Notes: generated by a model not told the origin, from the letters alone. Positions 50,923-63,760 are shown, numbered from the whole stretch's first letter. The stretch: 63,760 bases of DNA, filler included, from Octopus bimaculoides (GCF_001194135.2; 8 parts of 7 records of this genome joined end to end with filler, not necessarily neighbours in it), one strand, 5' to 3'. Numbers and translations are program-made.

Positions 50923-52423
50923 TAGATAGATATATATGTATATATGTATATATATACACACACCCATACATACATACATATGTATGTATGTATGTGTAAA
51001 TATATGCGTGTGTATGTATACATATATAAGATGCATATACATATATATTTATATACACGTATTTACACACACACACACGCACGCGTACGCACACACATAT
51101 GTATGTATACGTGAAAACCGATAAAGAGAGAGAGAGAGAAAGAAAGAAAGATTTAAGGAAAGGGACGAAGAAGGCGGGAAAATATATTGATCTCTGAGAG
51201 CGTGTTCTAGACTCGAATGCCTCATGTTTAAATATATATTACCAACCATGTCATGTTAGCGGAGTCAGTCGTGTTTTTTTCCGGATCTTTTCCTGAGAAT
51301 TAATTATTAATATCTAAATGTTTTTCTCACCTACATCACCGCAAATGAGTTGAGTGTATATGGGTGTAATCACTTTATGTGAGAATGTAAGTATGACAGT
51401 GGGTAGGCTTGCAAAAACAAGTGCATAAGCACTCAATCTATCTATCTATCTATATATATATATGTACACATGTACACATACACACATATCACATGTATAC
51501 GTATATATATATATATATATATATATATATNNNNNNNNNNNNNNNNNNNNNNNNNNNNNNNNNNNNNNNNNNNNNNNNNNNNNNNNNNNNNNNNNNNNNN
51601 NNNNNNNNNNNNNNNNNNNNNNNNNNNNNNNNNNNNNNNNNNNNNNNNNNNNNNNNNNNNNNNNNNNNNNNNNNNNNNNNNNNNNNNNNNNNNNNNNNNN
51701 NNNNNNNNNNNNNNNNNNNNNNNNNNNNNNNNNNNNNNNNNNNNNNNNNNNNNNNNNNNNNNNNNNNNNNNNNNNNNNNNNNNNNNNNNNNNNNNNNNNN
51801 NNNNNNNNNNNNNNNNNNNNNNNNNNNNNNNNNNNNNNNNNNNNNNNNNNNNNNNNNNNNNNNNNNNNNNNNNNNNNNNNNNNNNNNNNNNNNNNNNNNN
51901 NNNNNNNNNNNNNNNNNNNNNNNNNNNNNNNNNNNNNNNNNNNNNNNNNNNNNNNNNNNNNNNNNNNNNNNNNNNNNNNNNNNNNNNNNNNNNNNNNNNN
52001 NNNNNNNNNNNNNNNNNNNNNNNNNNNNNNNNNNNNNNNNNNNNNNNNNNNNNNNNNNNNNNNNNNNNNNNNNNNNNNNNNNNNNNNNNNNNNNNNNNAT
52101 ATATATATATATATATATATATACATACACACACATATTTATGTAAGTACGTATATATACATACTTACATATATACGTGTGTACGTGTATATATGTATGT
52201 ATGTACGTATGTACGTATGTATGTTATTCAAAGTATTGAATCGGGCATTAATAAGGTCACGAGCAAAATATAGATGTACGAATTACTGAATCAATCCACA
52301 TATTGACCGGAATCTGCGACACGTTGCAGAAATGTCTCGGTGCATTTGCCAAGTGGACAAATGGACAACGTGAGATTGTAAACTCAAATCATCTCCAATA
52401 AGTGGGTCGTTAATTACAATAGA

Positions 52424-52487
<64 letters not shown>

Positions 52488-54568
52488 AGCGCGCGCGCAT
52501 TAACATACATATACAAACGTACACAGAAAGCTCATCTTACAGATCGGCTATCAGACCACATAGTAATGAGATACAAAGAAGTGTAATGTTGAGTGTCCTT
52601 GTAACTGAAAACTCCTGAAAACCCGATCGATGAATTAGCTTGCTTTGTTTTCTTTAATTTGTGAATACGCAGATTTTTAATTAGAAGTATACNNNNNNNN
52701 NNNNNNNNNNNNNNNNNNNNNNNNNNNNNNNNNNNNNNNNNNNNNNNNNNNNNNNNNNNNNNNNNNNNNNNNNNNNNNNNNNNNNNNNNNNNNNNNNNNN
52801 NNNNNNNNNNNNNNNNNNNNNNNNNNNNNNNNNNNNNNNNNNNNNNNNNNNNNNNNNNNNNNNNNNNNNNNNNNNNNNNNNNNNNNNNNNNNNNNNNNNN
52901 NNNNNNNNNNNNNNNNNNNNNNNNNNNNNNNNNNNNNNNNNNNNNNNNNNNNNNNNNNNNNNNNNNNNNNNNNNNNNNNNNNNNNNNNNNNNNNNNNNNN
53001 NNNNNNNNNNNNNNNNNNNNNNNNNNNNNNNNNNNNNNNNNNNNNNNNNNNNNNNNNNNNNNNNNNNNNNNNNNNNNNNNNNNNNNNNNNNNNNNNNNNN
53101 NNNNNNNNNNNNNNNNNNNNNNATATATATATATATATATATATATACATACATATATATATACATATATATACATACATAAATACATTTGCAAGTATGT
53201 ATGTATGTGTATATTCATGAGTACATATAAAAAAGGCGTCTGAGTGGAGACGTATTACGGTTTTCTGCATCATCCTTATGCTAATGTAATTAAAGACAAG
53301 TTGATTTCGTCAAGGTACATGCCAACTCATCTCTCGCTGGGGTGACCAGAGCTTTCTGTGGTTTTTCTGGTTTAGAGATATATAGATTTAGATTGTTACT
53401 TGAATCAAAGAGTATTCTTCTTGTTGTCGTTGTTGTCATTATTATTATTATTATTATTTTGTTAATTTTTTTCTACTCCATTTCTTTTCTAAAGCGCTGA
53501 TAAATTTGACGAATTTTGACAAGATGATGAAGGATACATCCAAACGAAAAGCAAATTTACAAAACTAGTTTATCCGCAAACAAACTGACATCAACAAAAA
53601 AAAAAATAATAATAAATAATAAATAATAAATTAACGTAAAATAACAAATAACAGCGAATCTCAAAAAATTAAATATGGAAAGCAAACAGACGGTATTATC
53701 TGTGAAAATAATCAGTGCAGATCTCGTCCAATCTTTCTGAATTCTCGTCAAGATCTCGATTGGTCTCGCCAGGTCGTCCATATCATTTTTATGTTGATAA
53801 TGCCGTAAAAATGATGATAATGAGTTGAAATCGNNNNNNNNNNNNNNNNNNNNNNNNNNNNNNNNNNNNNNNNNNNNNNNNNNNNNNNNNNNNNNNNNNN
53901 NNNNNNNNNNNNNNNNNNNNNNNNNNNNNNNNNNNNNNNNNNNNNNNNNNNNNNNNNNNNNNNNNNNNNNNNNNNNNNNNNNNNNNNNNNNNNNNNNNNN
54001 NNNNNNNNNNNNNNNNNNNNNNNNNNNNNNNNNNNNNNNNNNNNNNNNNNNNNNNNNNNNNNNNNNNNNNNNNNNNNNNNNNNNNNNNNNNNNNNNNNNN
54101 NNNNNNNNNNNNNNNNNNNNNNNNNNNNNNNNNNNNNNNNNNNNNNNNNNNNNNNNNNNNNNNNNNNNNNNNNNNNNNNNNNNNNNNNNNNNNNNNNNNN
54201 NNNNNNNNNNNNNNNNNNNNNNNNNNNNNNNNNNNNNNNNNNNNNNNNNNNNNNNNNNNNNNNNNNNNNNNNNNNNNNNNNNNNNNNNNNNNNNNNNNNN
54301 NNNNNNNNNNNNNNNNNNNNNNNNNNNNNNNNNNNNNNNNNNNNNNNNNNNNNNNNNNNNNNNNNNNNNNNNNNNNNNNNNNNNNNNNNNNNNNNNNNNN
54401 NNNNNNNNNNNNNNNNNNNNNNNNNNNNNNNNNNNNNNNNNNNNNNNNNNNNNNNNNNNNNNNNNNNNNNTACTTTTCAATCAAAGCTCTCACTTCTCTT
54501 TACCTCCTACTCTCTCACTCTCACCTACTCAAACTCTCACTTACTTTGACTCTCTCGTCGTCATTCTG

Positions 54569-54614
<46 letters not shown>

Positions 54615-54793
54615 CTTCTCTCGCATTATCTCTCTCCTTCTCTCGCTCTCTTTCTCGCATTCTCCCATCCTCCGCACACATTTTCCCCTCACTCCCTCTC
54701 TCCTTGCCTTCTCAATCAAGCTCTTCACACAACTTTCATTATTGTCTGACTCTGGGACAGATTAAACAGATAAGAAAGAGAAAGAGAGAGTGG

Positions 54794-54862
54794 GGTGAGA
54801 CAAGAGTAGAGAGACAAGAGTAGAGAGACAAGAGTAGAGAGACAAGAGTAGAGAGACAAGAG
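54794..54862 (+). repeat. 14-bp minisatellite (GAGACAAGAGTAGA) x ~5
   Basis: Direct inspection. Confidence 0.9.
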
Positions 54863-55053
54863 TGAATTGAGAAGGCGAGTGGGCGAGTGATAAATAAATG
54901 ATAGCAATATATACATGAAGTTTGTGTGCATGCTTGTATTCATATAAGTTTATGTATGTATGTATGTACGTATGTACATATGTATGTATGCACGTACGTA
55001 CGTATATATGTATGTATGTATGTATTTATGTATGTATGTATGTATGTATGTAT

Positions 55054-55446
55054 GAGGTGGCGCAATGGCCCAGTGGTTAGGGCAGCGGACTCGCGGTTAT
55101 AGGATAGCGGTTTCGATTCCTAGACCGGGGCGTTGTGAGTGTTTACTGAGCGAAAACACCTAAAAGCTCCATGAGGCTCCGGCAGGGGATGGTGGCGAAC
55201 CCTGCTGTACTCTTTCACCACAACTTTCTCTCACTCTTTCTTCCTATTTCTGTTGTACCTGTATTTCAAAGGGTCAGCCTTGTCACACTCTGTGTCACGC
55301 TGAATATCCCCGAGAACTATGTTAAGGGTACACGTGTCTGTGGAGTGCTCAGTCACTCGCACGTTAATTTCACGAGCAGGCTGTTCCGTTGATCGGATCA
55401 ACTGGAACCCTCGACGTCGTAAGCGACGGAGTGCCAACAACAACAA
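55054..55446 (+). mobile_element. Full-length, young-looking tRNA-derived SINE (family B)
   Basis: A-box TGGCCCAGTGG, B-box GGTTTCGATTCC, CpGs intact, (CAA)n tail. Confidence 0.92.
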
Positions 55447-56439
55447 TGTATGTATGTATGTATGTATGTATGTATGTATNNNNNNNNNNNNNNNNNNNNN
55501 NNNNNNNNNNNNNNNNNNNNNNNNNNNNNNNNNNNNNNNNNNNNNNNNNNNNNNNNNNNNNNNNNNNNNNNNNNNNNNNNNNNNNNNNNNNNNNNNNNNN
55601 NNNNNNNNNNNNNNNNNNNNNNNNNNNNNNNNNNNNNNNNNNNNNNNNNNNNNNNNNNNNNNNNNNNNNNNNNNNNNNNNNNNNNNNNNNNNNNNNNNNN
55701 NNNNNNNNNNNNNNNNNNNNNNNNNNNNNNNNNNNNNNNNNNNNNNNNNNNNNNNNNNNNNNNNNNNNNNNNNNNNNNNNNNNNNNNNNNNNNNNNNNNN
55801 NNNNNNNNNNNNNNNNNNNNNNNNNNNNNNNNNNNNNNNNNNNNNNNNNNNNNNNNNNNNNNNNNNNNNNNNNNNNNNNNNNNNNNNNNNNNNNNNNNNN
55901 NNNNNNNNNNNNNNNNNNNNNNNNNNNNNNNNNNNNNNNNNNNNNNNNNNNNNNNNNNNNNNNNNNNNNNNNNNNNNNNNNNNNNNNNNNNNNNNNNNNN
56001 NNNNNNNNNNNNNNNNNNNNNNNNNNNNNNNNNNNNNNNNNNNNNNNNNNNNNNNNNNNNNNNNNNNNNNNNNNNNNNNNNNNNNNNNNNNNNNNNNNNN
56101 NNNNNNNNNNNNNNNNNNNNNNNNNNNNNNNNNNNNNNNNNNNNNNNNNNNNNNNNNNNNNNNNNNNNNNNNNNNNNNNNNNNNTATATATATATATATG
56201 TATGTATTATACTCTTCCGTAAAGTTACAGCATTTCGTGAGAGATATTGTTTAATGAACACAATATGTATTAATATGAGCTACCAATAGTTTCTTCCTTC
56301 CTTTCCTTCATTTCTTTCGTTCTATCTTACATTCTTTTTCATTTCTTTGTTTCGTTCTTTCATTCTTTCGTTCTTTCATTTTTCCTTCTTTCATTCTTTC
56401 TTTCTTTCTCTTCTTTCTTTCATTTATACTTTCTTCTTT

Positions 56440-56650
56440 CTTTCATCTATTCCTTCTCCTTTTCTCCTTTTTTCCTTCTTCCTTTTCCCTTTATCACTTT
56501 CTTCATTCTTTCATCTATTCCTTCTCCTTTTCTCCTTTNNNNNNNNNNTCCTTTTCCCTTTATCACTTTCTTCATTCTTTCATCTATTCCTTCTCCTTTT
56601 CTCCTTTTTTCCTTCTTCCTTTTCCCTTTATCACTTTCTTCATTCTTTAT
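56440..56650 (+). repeat. Pyrimidine-rich ~70-bp tandem repeat x ~3
   Basis: TCCTTTTCCCTTTATCACTTTCTTCATTCTTTCATCTATTCCTTCTCCTTTTCTCC recurs. Confidence 0.85.
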
Positions 56651-56749
56651 ATTCTACTCTTTCTCTCTCTTTCTCCCTTCATTCTATCTTTTCCTTCACA
56701 TTTTTTCTACTTTATCTTTTTTTATATGTTTATTTATCATCAGATTCAT

Positions 56750-56785
<36 letters not shown>

Positions 56786-59687
56786 NNNNNNNNNNNNNNN
56801 NNNNNNNNNNNNNNNNNNNNNNNNNNNNNTTAATTAATTAANNNNNNNNNNNNNNNNNNNNNNNNNNNNNNNNNNNNNNNNNNNNAGAGATATTTATAAT
56901 TCGCCAGTTGTCATTTTACGTTTCAGAGTAGCTATAGCGGATCTATGCTAAAACTTGAGTCCGTATTTATACATGGAAAACCTTCTTATGAATATATATT
57001 ATTTGGAATTCAGTAAAAGTAATCTGATGGGAACAGATATAAACTACGATAACCTTGTTGGTATACAACTAATCATAATGCGCTTTGCATAATCCAGGAA
57101 AGTATGTTAAAATGTCCTAGTAAGGATATAGTAAAATGCATACACGTTATATTGCTTTTAGATGTTTGGAACCTGGCTGAAAAATGCCGATCGTAAAAAT
57201 AAATCATTAAAATTTACATAGGATACACTGATATGTGAAAAAGAAGACATGAATAATCTAATTTTCCAAATCGCTCCTTTACTCCTGGGTAACGTTAAAG
57301 ACAGGAAATATATTTTGTAGAATCTGTACATAAGGGATTTCGTCTCGATTCTAGATATCTAACGCTCATATATTGACAAACGCTTAAAAATTATTGTATG
57401 GCTTACTAACTGAAACTTTTTAATATTCTGATTCGATAATAGCAGTTTATTAATATAAATAGTATCTTCATAGAGTTTTAAGTGTCTTAGTCTATATAAA
57501 TCTGAGAGAAAGAAATACATCCCCGTATTTTGCATTTCATGTATTTATTCATGATTTAATTAGAAGGTACAACTTACTGTTAGTATACAAATGTGAAATA
57601 AATTATACCATGACAAAAATTTGGAAGTGAGGGAAGATGCGATTTAAAGATACGAGTCGGATAGGTTGCAATTGAATTCATTCAAGATATAAGGGTAATA
57701 ATAAATGAAATAACCCTGTTGTGTAGTCACAAGGCTATCGTAATCTGGTAGCCTTATGATTGAAGATGTTTCAGGTGTGACAACGTACTTTTCACTTGCC
57801 ATCTCTCTAATATTTTTTATATTATTTAATAATCGACTTCTAGGTGTTATCTATGGAAAATTTCGCTACTATATTTTGTTGAAGTTCCTAGTTGAATTGA
57901 TGAGACATTAGTGCAAATAACGTGAGCAGTATGTACCAATTGACATAAATGATAATTGTATTTTTGTTTGTTTGTAGCTGCTTCTGTAGGTAAATAATTC
58001 AGAGTAATCAAGAATTGCTGTGACAAAAATAATTTATCTGTATGTCTTCTATGTCAAGTAATTTTCATGGATAAATATAATATAAGCTTCTCTGTGATAC
58101 TATTCAGTAGATTTAAGGAACAAATAATTAAAACAAAATGAATTTTTCATTCGTAATTTCAAAAATAATATATTCTTAAATAACATATTTCATACAATAT
58201 TTTATATACAATATTTATTTAAACTCTTTCTTTGAATGACAATGGTTATTTTTAAAAGTGACTTTGATTTTATGAATTCCTATGTAAGCCCTATATGCAC
58301 AAGCACTGGGGACAACTCTATTTTTTGCAATGACAACAATAAATTGTTTAATCAAAACAATTTATTTCTAACATTGAATGACCAATTAAGTGAAATAATC
58401 GTTGATGAGAAACAAAACCAATGTCCTATTGGGAATGAATTTAAATTTGCAACGCATGTCTCTCTAATCAAGTTTGGCCACGATTTATATCTAGCGTTAT
58501 AAATAATATAATTGTTTTTAGAATCAGTTTGATACTGCGAAGTTGTGTTTGTCTTGTTTTACGGCTTGTCCTGCCTAGTCATTATTAACGGAGATGAATG
58601 CAAGTAAGATTGGAACTAGATTATCCATAGCACTAGGGAGGTTAGATGGTCAGGTTATGTCACCGCCATTTACAGGGTATCATACAAGATCATTTAGGGC
58701 GAATTGAATGTATCTCCTATATTTGTTTAACTAAAATCATTTCAACGCTGATATAAAGTTTTCTCAAGCAGTTTATACCTAATGTTAAATATTATCTTTT
58801 CAAACAGAAGCTCAAAAATTTAGAATTATCTTGAATAATATTGTTTTCCTTGTTCTCTGTAGATGTTCTTCGTCACTCGATATTCCTCTCAGTGAAACTG
58901 GATATAGCTACCTATTAACCAAGCATGTGTATTTGTGTTTAGGTAGTTGCTTAATTATTATAATACAATATTAACATTGCTTTTACTACTATCATCTTTC
59001 CGCCGTTTATTCGTGAACTTCTCTTACTATTGTGCTTCTATTGTCTATTTGAATAGGGTTCAATACTGTGATTTATCCTCATATTTATAACTTCTATGAC
59101 ACATATATATTTAATATCTCTCGCGATATACTCTTTCCATCTGGTGCCAATAAAACGTAGACATTTTACCACTTTGAAATAATAGTACGTGATTTGCTTT
59201 GGAGTCGTAATATTTATTTTCCCATGTTGCTGACACTGTGCCGATACAAACAAGAAATGCCTCTAGCAATGGTACTTATTTTGTATGCATTTGTCTATTC
59301 TTCTGTACCATAATACGCTATATGCATCAAATAAATGTTAAGCCAGTGTATTAGATGGAAAAATGTTTCCATAATTTATAACAGTCTATATACAGATTTA
59401 ACACTAAATTAATATCCAAGAGCTAGTCAACTGAAAACTATTAAAAGAAAGCACATAATTATATTTCAATTAGTAATAAACACAATTATATCCTGTGTTT
59501 ACTAAGTTGAGAAATTAGATATGTAAGCTCTAAACAACAATTCTATACATTCCATGAATTCCACAATACATTAGACAGTGATATAACTACCTTTCTTATC
59601 AGAACCAACTGTTCAGGTCACCTACTATTTCAAATTTGAATGACTATTCAGAGAAATGTGCCTTTTGAGAGTCTTCAGAATATAGTT

Positions 59688-60306
59688 TACTAGCAGTATA
59701 ACCCGACGTTGTCCGGGTGTAACTTATTACGCCATCTACGATAAGTCTTTCTAGGTGAAAATCAACTAAAAAAGAAAGCCTTACAATGAAAAAACCCTTA
59801 TGATGTAAATATGTTCATAATTCAAAAGACGAAATTAATAGGGGAAGTCTGAAGGCTGTTTTGTGTAACATTATTAAATGTACGTAAATTTCATCCGTCT
59901 AATTGGCTATACAAATGCTTGTGCAAAACAACTTTTTGCGCTGCCTTGATTACACATAGGGTAATTCCTTTTCGCAGGAGGTATGACGGCAATTTCTGAC
60001 GAAGCAATTGCTGGCGATCTGCTACACAGTTCTGGCAGAATTCTATCAGATTGGGCAGTAGATGATGATGCACCGTTTTGCATTATGTTCAAAGTAACTT
60101 CTGGAATGTGGTGAATTGCTGCAGTCTGTTGCTGTCTTTTTAAACCGGTTGCTTTCTTTCCCCAGCAAGCTCTCTTGTTTGGAGGCATAATCTATGTACA
60201 TATTAAACAAAACAACAAAAGTTATAACAGATGGGAGGGTCGGTAGTTTTCACATTTCGGTGATTTTTCAGATTAACACCCGCACGATTACGTAACCCTA
60301 ACCCTA
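59688..60306. mobile_element. Helitron/Helentron-like non-autonomous element end with ORF remnant
   Basis: Starts TACTAGCAG followed by the hairpin ACCCGACGTTGTCCGGGT; minus-strand MPPNKR... remnant; ends in TAACCC repeats at a contig end. Confidence 0.5.
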
Positions 60307-60406
60307 NNNNNNNNNNNNNNNNNNNNNNNNNNNNNNNNNNNNNNNNNNNNTTAATTAATTAANNNNNNNNNNNNNNNNNNNNNNNNNNNNNNNNNNNNNN
60401 NNNNNN

Positions 60407-60756
60407 GTAGTGTTTCTAGCTCTTTGTCGTTTTTAGCATATAATTTTAGGTCATCCATATATAGAAGGTGGCTGACTGTTTTTCCGTAGCATTTGTAACC
60501 GCATCCATTTCTATTTAGCAATTCTGTTAAAGGTGTGAGTGCCAGGCAGAACAGGAGTGGAGAGAGCGTGTCTCCCTGTAATATTCCTCTTCTAATGGGG
60601 ATGGCTTTCGTTTTCACAAGTCCCTCTTTTGTTTCGAGCTGTAGCACTGTCTGCCATTTGTTCATTGAGTGCCCTATGTATTTTATAATAATTGGTGCCA
60701 CCTTGTTTATGGCTAGCGTTTCCAGAATCCACGTGTGGGGAACACTGTCGAAGGCC

Positions 60757-60758
<2 letters not shown>
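60407..60758 (-). mobile_element. R4/Dong-clade (R2 group) non-LTR retrotransposon RT fragment
   Basis: KAFDSVPHTWI, RRGILQGDTLSPLLFCLALTPL, SHLLYMDDLKLYAKN; intact frame up to the gap; 5' end abuts (TAA)n. Confidence 0.92.
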
Positions 60759-60796
<38 letters not shown>

Positions 60797-60797
<1 letters not shown>

Positions 60798-61444
60798 GTC
60801 GCACAGTATACAATATCGTGAGGTTGTTGATTGAAGATATTGTCTACCGGGGTTTGTATTGATTGTCAAGTCGCAACAAGGACATCAGACGGACATTACT
60901 TTACGCAATATGCGTGCAGTTCCAAGTGACACCGACTTTTGCTATACATCTAGGTTGTAGGGCATCTCTCAGGTTTTCAGATGTTTTTCCAGATTGGGTG
61001 ATATTGAACCCAATGCTCCGGTAACAATAGGGATAACCTTTATGTTCGACTCTCGTAGTTGACACATCTTAGCGATCTCAATTCTCAGGTTTCTGTATCT
61101 ATCAACTTTTTCTCTTTTCTTCATGATGATATGTTGATCTCCTGGCACTGCTACATCGATTATTAGGCACTCTTGTTTGACCTTCCTAAAGGTTACTATT
61201 TCTGGCTTTCGGTGCTCTAACACTTTGTCCGGAAATGAAAGTCCGAGAGGGTTTTTGCCTTCCCCTTTTCGTCCATTACCTTTTCCGGTGTATGTTAGTA
61301 CCGAGCACCCATAATCTCATATCCATACTTACGGCATAGTAGCCAGTGGAGGTTTCGGGCTACTTGGTCGTGTCTACGCTTGTACTCTTTCTGCGCAAGA
61401 CTTTCACAAGCACTAACAATGTGAGTCACGCTTTCGATCCTCTT
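60797..61444 (-). mobile_element. 5'-truncated R4/Dong element: end of CCHC finger, restriction-like endonuclease and 3' UTR
   Basis: ESVTHIVSAC..L....YKRRHDQVA..LHW.LC; RKPEIV...ECLIIDVAVPGD...KREKVDRY; IPIVTGALGS; flanked by (TAA)n on both sides. Confidence 0.9.
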
Positions 61445-61454
61445 ATTGTTGTTG

Positions 61455-61527
<73 letters not shown>

Positions 61528-61529
<2 letters not shown>

Positions 61530-63325
61530 TCGCTGCAGAACACTTAGGACGTGTTTTCATACACTCCAGGTTGATGCAGCTTAAAACATCCAGTTACACC
61601 GGCTTGGTGCTTATTTGCATTATCTATTTTATTCTAAGTTGTCAGTAGAAACACCAGGAACCTATTACTGGTTTTCTACGAGTGTTTAGCCCTCCCAGGG
61701 GCTATATTTGACCCACCAAATAAGTTCGATGGGCGTTTAATTTAATATAAACAAACACAGCTCAACAAGATGGTGGAGCACATCTTGAAAGAGTTGAGAA
61801 AAACAAAACAATCCTTCCTACGAATCTGGTGACTGCTGAAGATTTCCCTCCCCTTACCTCCATTACTGGCAACATTACAGGTGAAGGGGATGCGAAAAAC
61901 GAAACTGTTAGGGTAGAAAGTCCACCTCATAATAACAGCAGCAGTAGCAGTGACAACAGAAGGAGCAGCAACAGTGACAACAGCAGCAGCAGCAGTAACA
62001 GCAACAACAAAACGAGAACATTATCAACAACAAAAACACGTTCGCAGCAGAATCGAAAAAGAAGCAACGCTTTACCGTGGATCTCACAAACAGAGATGAG
62101 ATGTTGACTCACGCTTGGAAACTGATTAAACAAGAAAAAACTTGGGCCAATCTAACTATCCAGTCAGAAGCAATTGAAGCCGTGGAGAAAAGAACGGTAC
62201 TTTTCAGATGCATCTCAGCAGAGATGAAAAGAGCAGCCTTAATACCCCAAGTAGATACTGAGGCGGCGCTGAAGTGCACCAGAGAGGATATCGAGTACAT
62301 AGCGAGGGGCAAACAATACGGCACCATTTCGGTGCTGTTTAAATCAGAAGCCCTCGCTATAAAACGTTCAATGACCCCTTGCAAAACCAGCAAAGTCATT
62401 ATGTACCCCTCCCACATAGGGAAACGTACAACTTGTGTCTACATTCCTTGGATCCCACCAGGACTTGATATTTGGTGGCTTCTGGGATGCGTAATCGTGG
62501 AGGCGACGGATAGTGTCCCGATAGAGGTTACAAGAACTGCTAGGGTGGGCTGGTCCTGGACTGACCTGGAGATACTTTCCCAGATCAGACACGAAAACAT
62601 CAAAAAAATCCCGGACCACATCAGTTTCCAGAACGAGACAGTGATACACATCATGACTGAGGGAAAAAGGCCGCATTGTTTCGAGTGTGGAGAAACGACT
62701 CATTTGCGAGCTCGGTGCCCCCAACTGGTACAAAGTGCTGGGGGTAAGAGGACTCCACTGCTGCATACATCGCAATGAGGACCACCAACAACACCACCAT
62801 CGGCAAAACCACCAGCAACAACGCCAAAAATAATAACCACCCTAGGGGGAAACAAGGAAAGGTCTCCCACCCCTCACACCAAGCAAAAATACACACATAA
62901 ACAAGATCATGATCATACACACAGATACAGACACACAACAACATACTCCTCATCTTCCAGTAGTGAAGATGAAAGAAAACCAAAAGGTCCCAAAAAATAA
63001 AAAATAAAGCACAAAAGAAAGACTCCACAAAACATAACAACACCCAGAATAAAAAATACAGACATCACCCACGCAAACATCTCCTCCAAAACATCAAACA
63101 CCAACACAGCTAGCACCATGACTATCAGCAGAATCTCCCACACGCAAACAACCTAAACGGACACAAGAACACACACTCACACAAGCATCTAAAACTGAGG
63201 GCACCACACTCAAAGCACACACAGAAACACCGCCAACAAGGCCATCATCACTACAGTCAAGCAAACAAGTTAAACAACACCAACACAAAACACCCAACTT
63301 CGTACTTATCAGAAGGGGCAGCAGC
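61528..63325 (+). mobile_element. 5' UTR and disrupted ORF1 (gag-like, CCHC knuckle) of a Tx1/L1-like LINE; no ORF2 present
   Basis: ATG at 61770; segment 62077-62778 ends GKRPHCFECGETTHLRARCP (C-x2-C-x4-H-x4-C); low-complexity S/N/T/K-rich linkers. Clade assignment is inference. Confidence 0.7.
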
Positions 63326-63337
63326 GAAATAATAATA

Positions 63338-63393
<56 letters not shown>

Positions 63394-63404
63394 CACATGT
63401 TTCT

Positions 63405-63564
63405 TAAGATCATAGTCCGTATTCCTGGGATGATTACATTCATAAACGTCAGGTAGATCATATTCACGCATTCATTTTTTTCAGGCGGTATGGCATTAAC
63501 GGATGTATACATGGATACTACGGACTGTTCTGGGACAATTCCAGGAATACGGTCGATGATCTTA
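63405..63564. repeat. 160-bp unit with 26-bp terminal inverted repeats between (TAA)n tracts
   Basis: TAAGATCATAGTCCGTATTCCTGGGA versus rc TAAGATCATCGACCGTATTCCTGGAA (3 mismatches). Confidence 0.75.
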
Positions 63565-63675
63565 TGCAACACGTGATATGTGGAAACGTGCGTAGCAATG
63601 CATTAAAATATTTATAAATTCCATGCATAAATTATTATTATTATGCTTTGCAAACAACGAGACATAATAATAATA

Positions 63676-63717
<42 letters not shown>

Positions 63718-63760
63718 GTACAATACATACATACACACATACATACACACACACACACAC

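Noticed and set aside
55054-55130. tRNA gene
   Set aside because: A- and B-boxes are present but continue into a SINE body and tail; no complete cloverleaf.
58236-58502. 88-aa ORF in AT-rich sequence
   Set aside because: No recognisable domain, Asn-rich composition typical of AT-rich chance ORFs, no supporting splice structure.
59038-59253. 71-aa minus ORF with a moderate acceptor
   Set aside because: Two alternative frames look equally protein-like; nothing is recognisable.
60293-60306. Telomere
   Set aside because: Only about two TAACCC units, embedded at the end of a transposon-like segment.

Overview
Eukaryotic, repeat-saturated draft-assembly sequence. It is AT-rich, with many microsatellites, N gaps and seven artificial N44-TTAATTAATTAA-N44 scaffold joins. 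The SINE/LINE/transposon repertoire is best matched by an octopus genome (inference from recalled repeat families, not from a search). Almost all ORFs in the supplied track are microsatellite or N artefacts. One convincing host coding exon was found: minus strand, 27397-27939, with strong splice sites and an ATG at 27883 followed by a mitochondrial-presequence-like N-terminus. It lies in a CpG-eroded block (about 25.6-42.5 kb), and a CpG-rich candidate first exon/promoter sits near 43.0-43.1 kb. The rest is mostly mobile DNA: a full-length TSD-flanked Chapaev3 transposon, Tc1, maT (DD37D) and several mariner relics, Penelope-like fragments, RTE/CR1/Tx1-like and R4/Dong LINE pieces, a Helitron-like end, MITE-like foldbacks and more than 15 tRNA-derived SINE copies. 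The most notable structural find is a complete minimal type I hammerhead ribozyme (minus, 19343-19428) inside a 248-bp element with perfect 78-bp inverted arms. Other points of interest are a 60-bp-arm hairpin, an inverted duplication of a candidate first exon, and stacked (TAA)n-targeted retroelement insertions at the right end.
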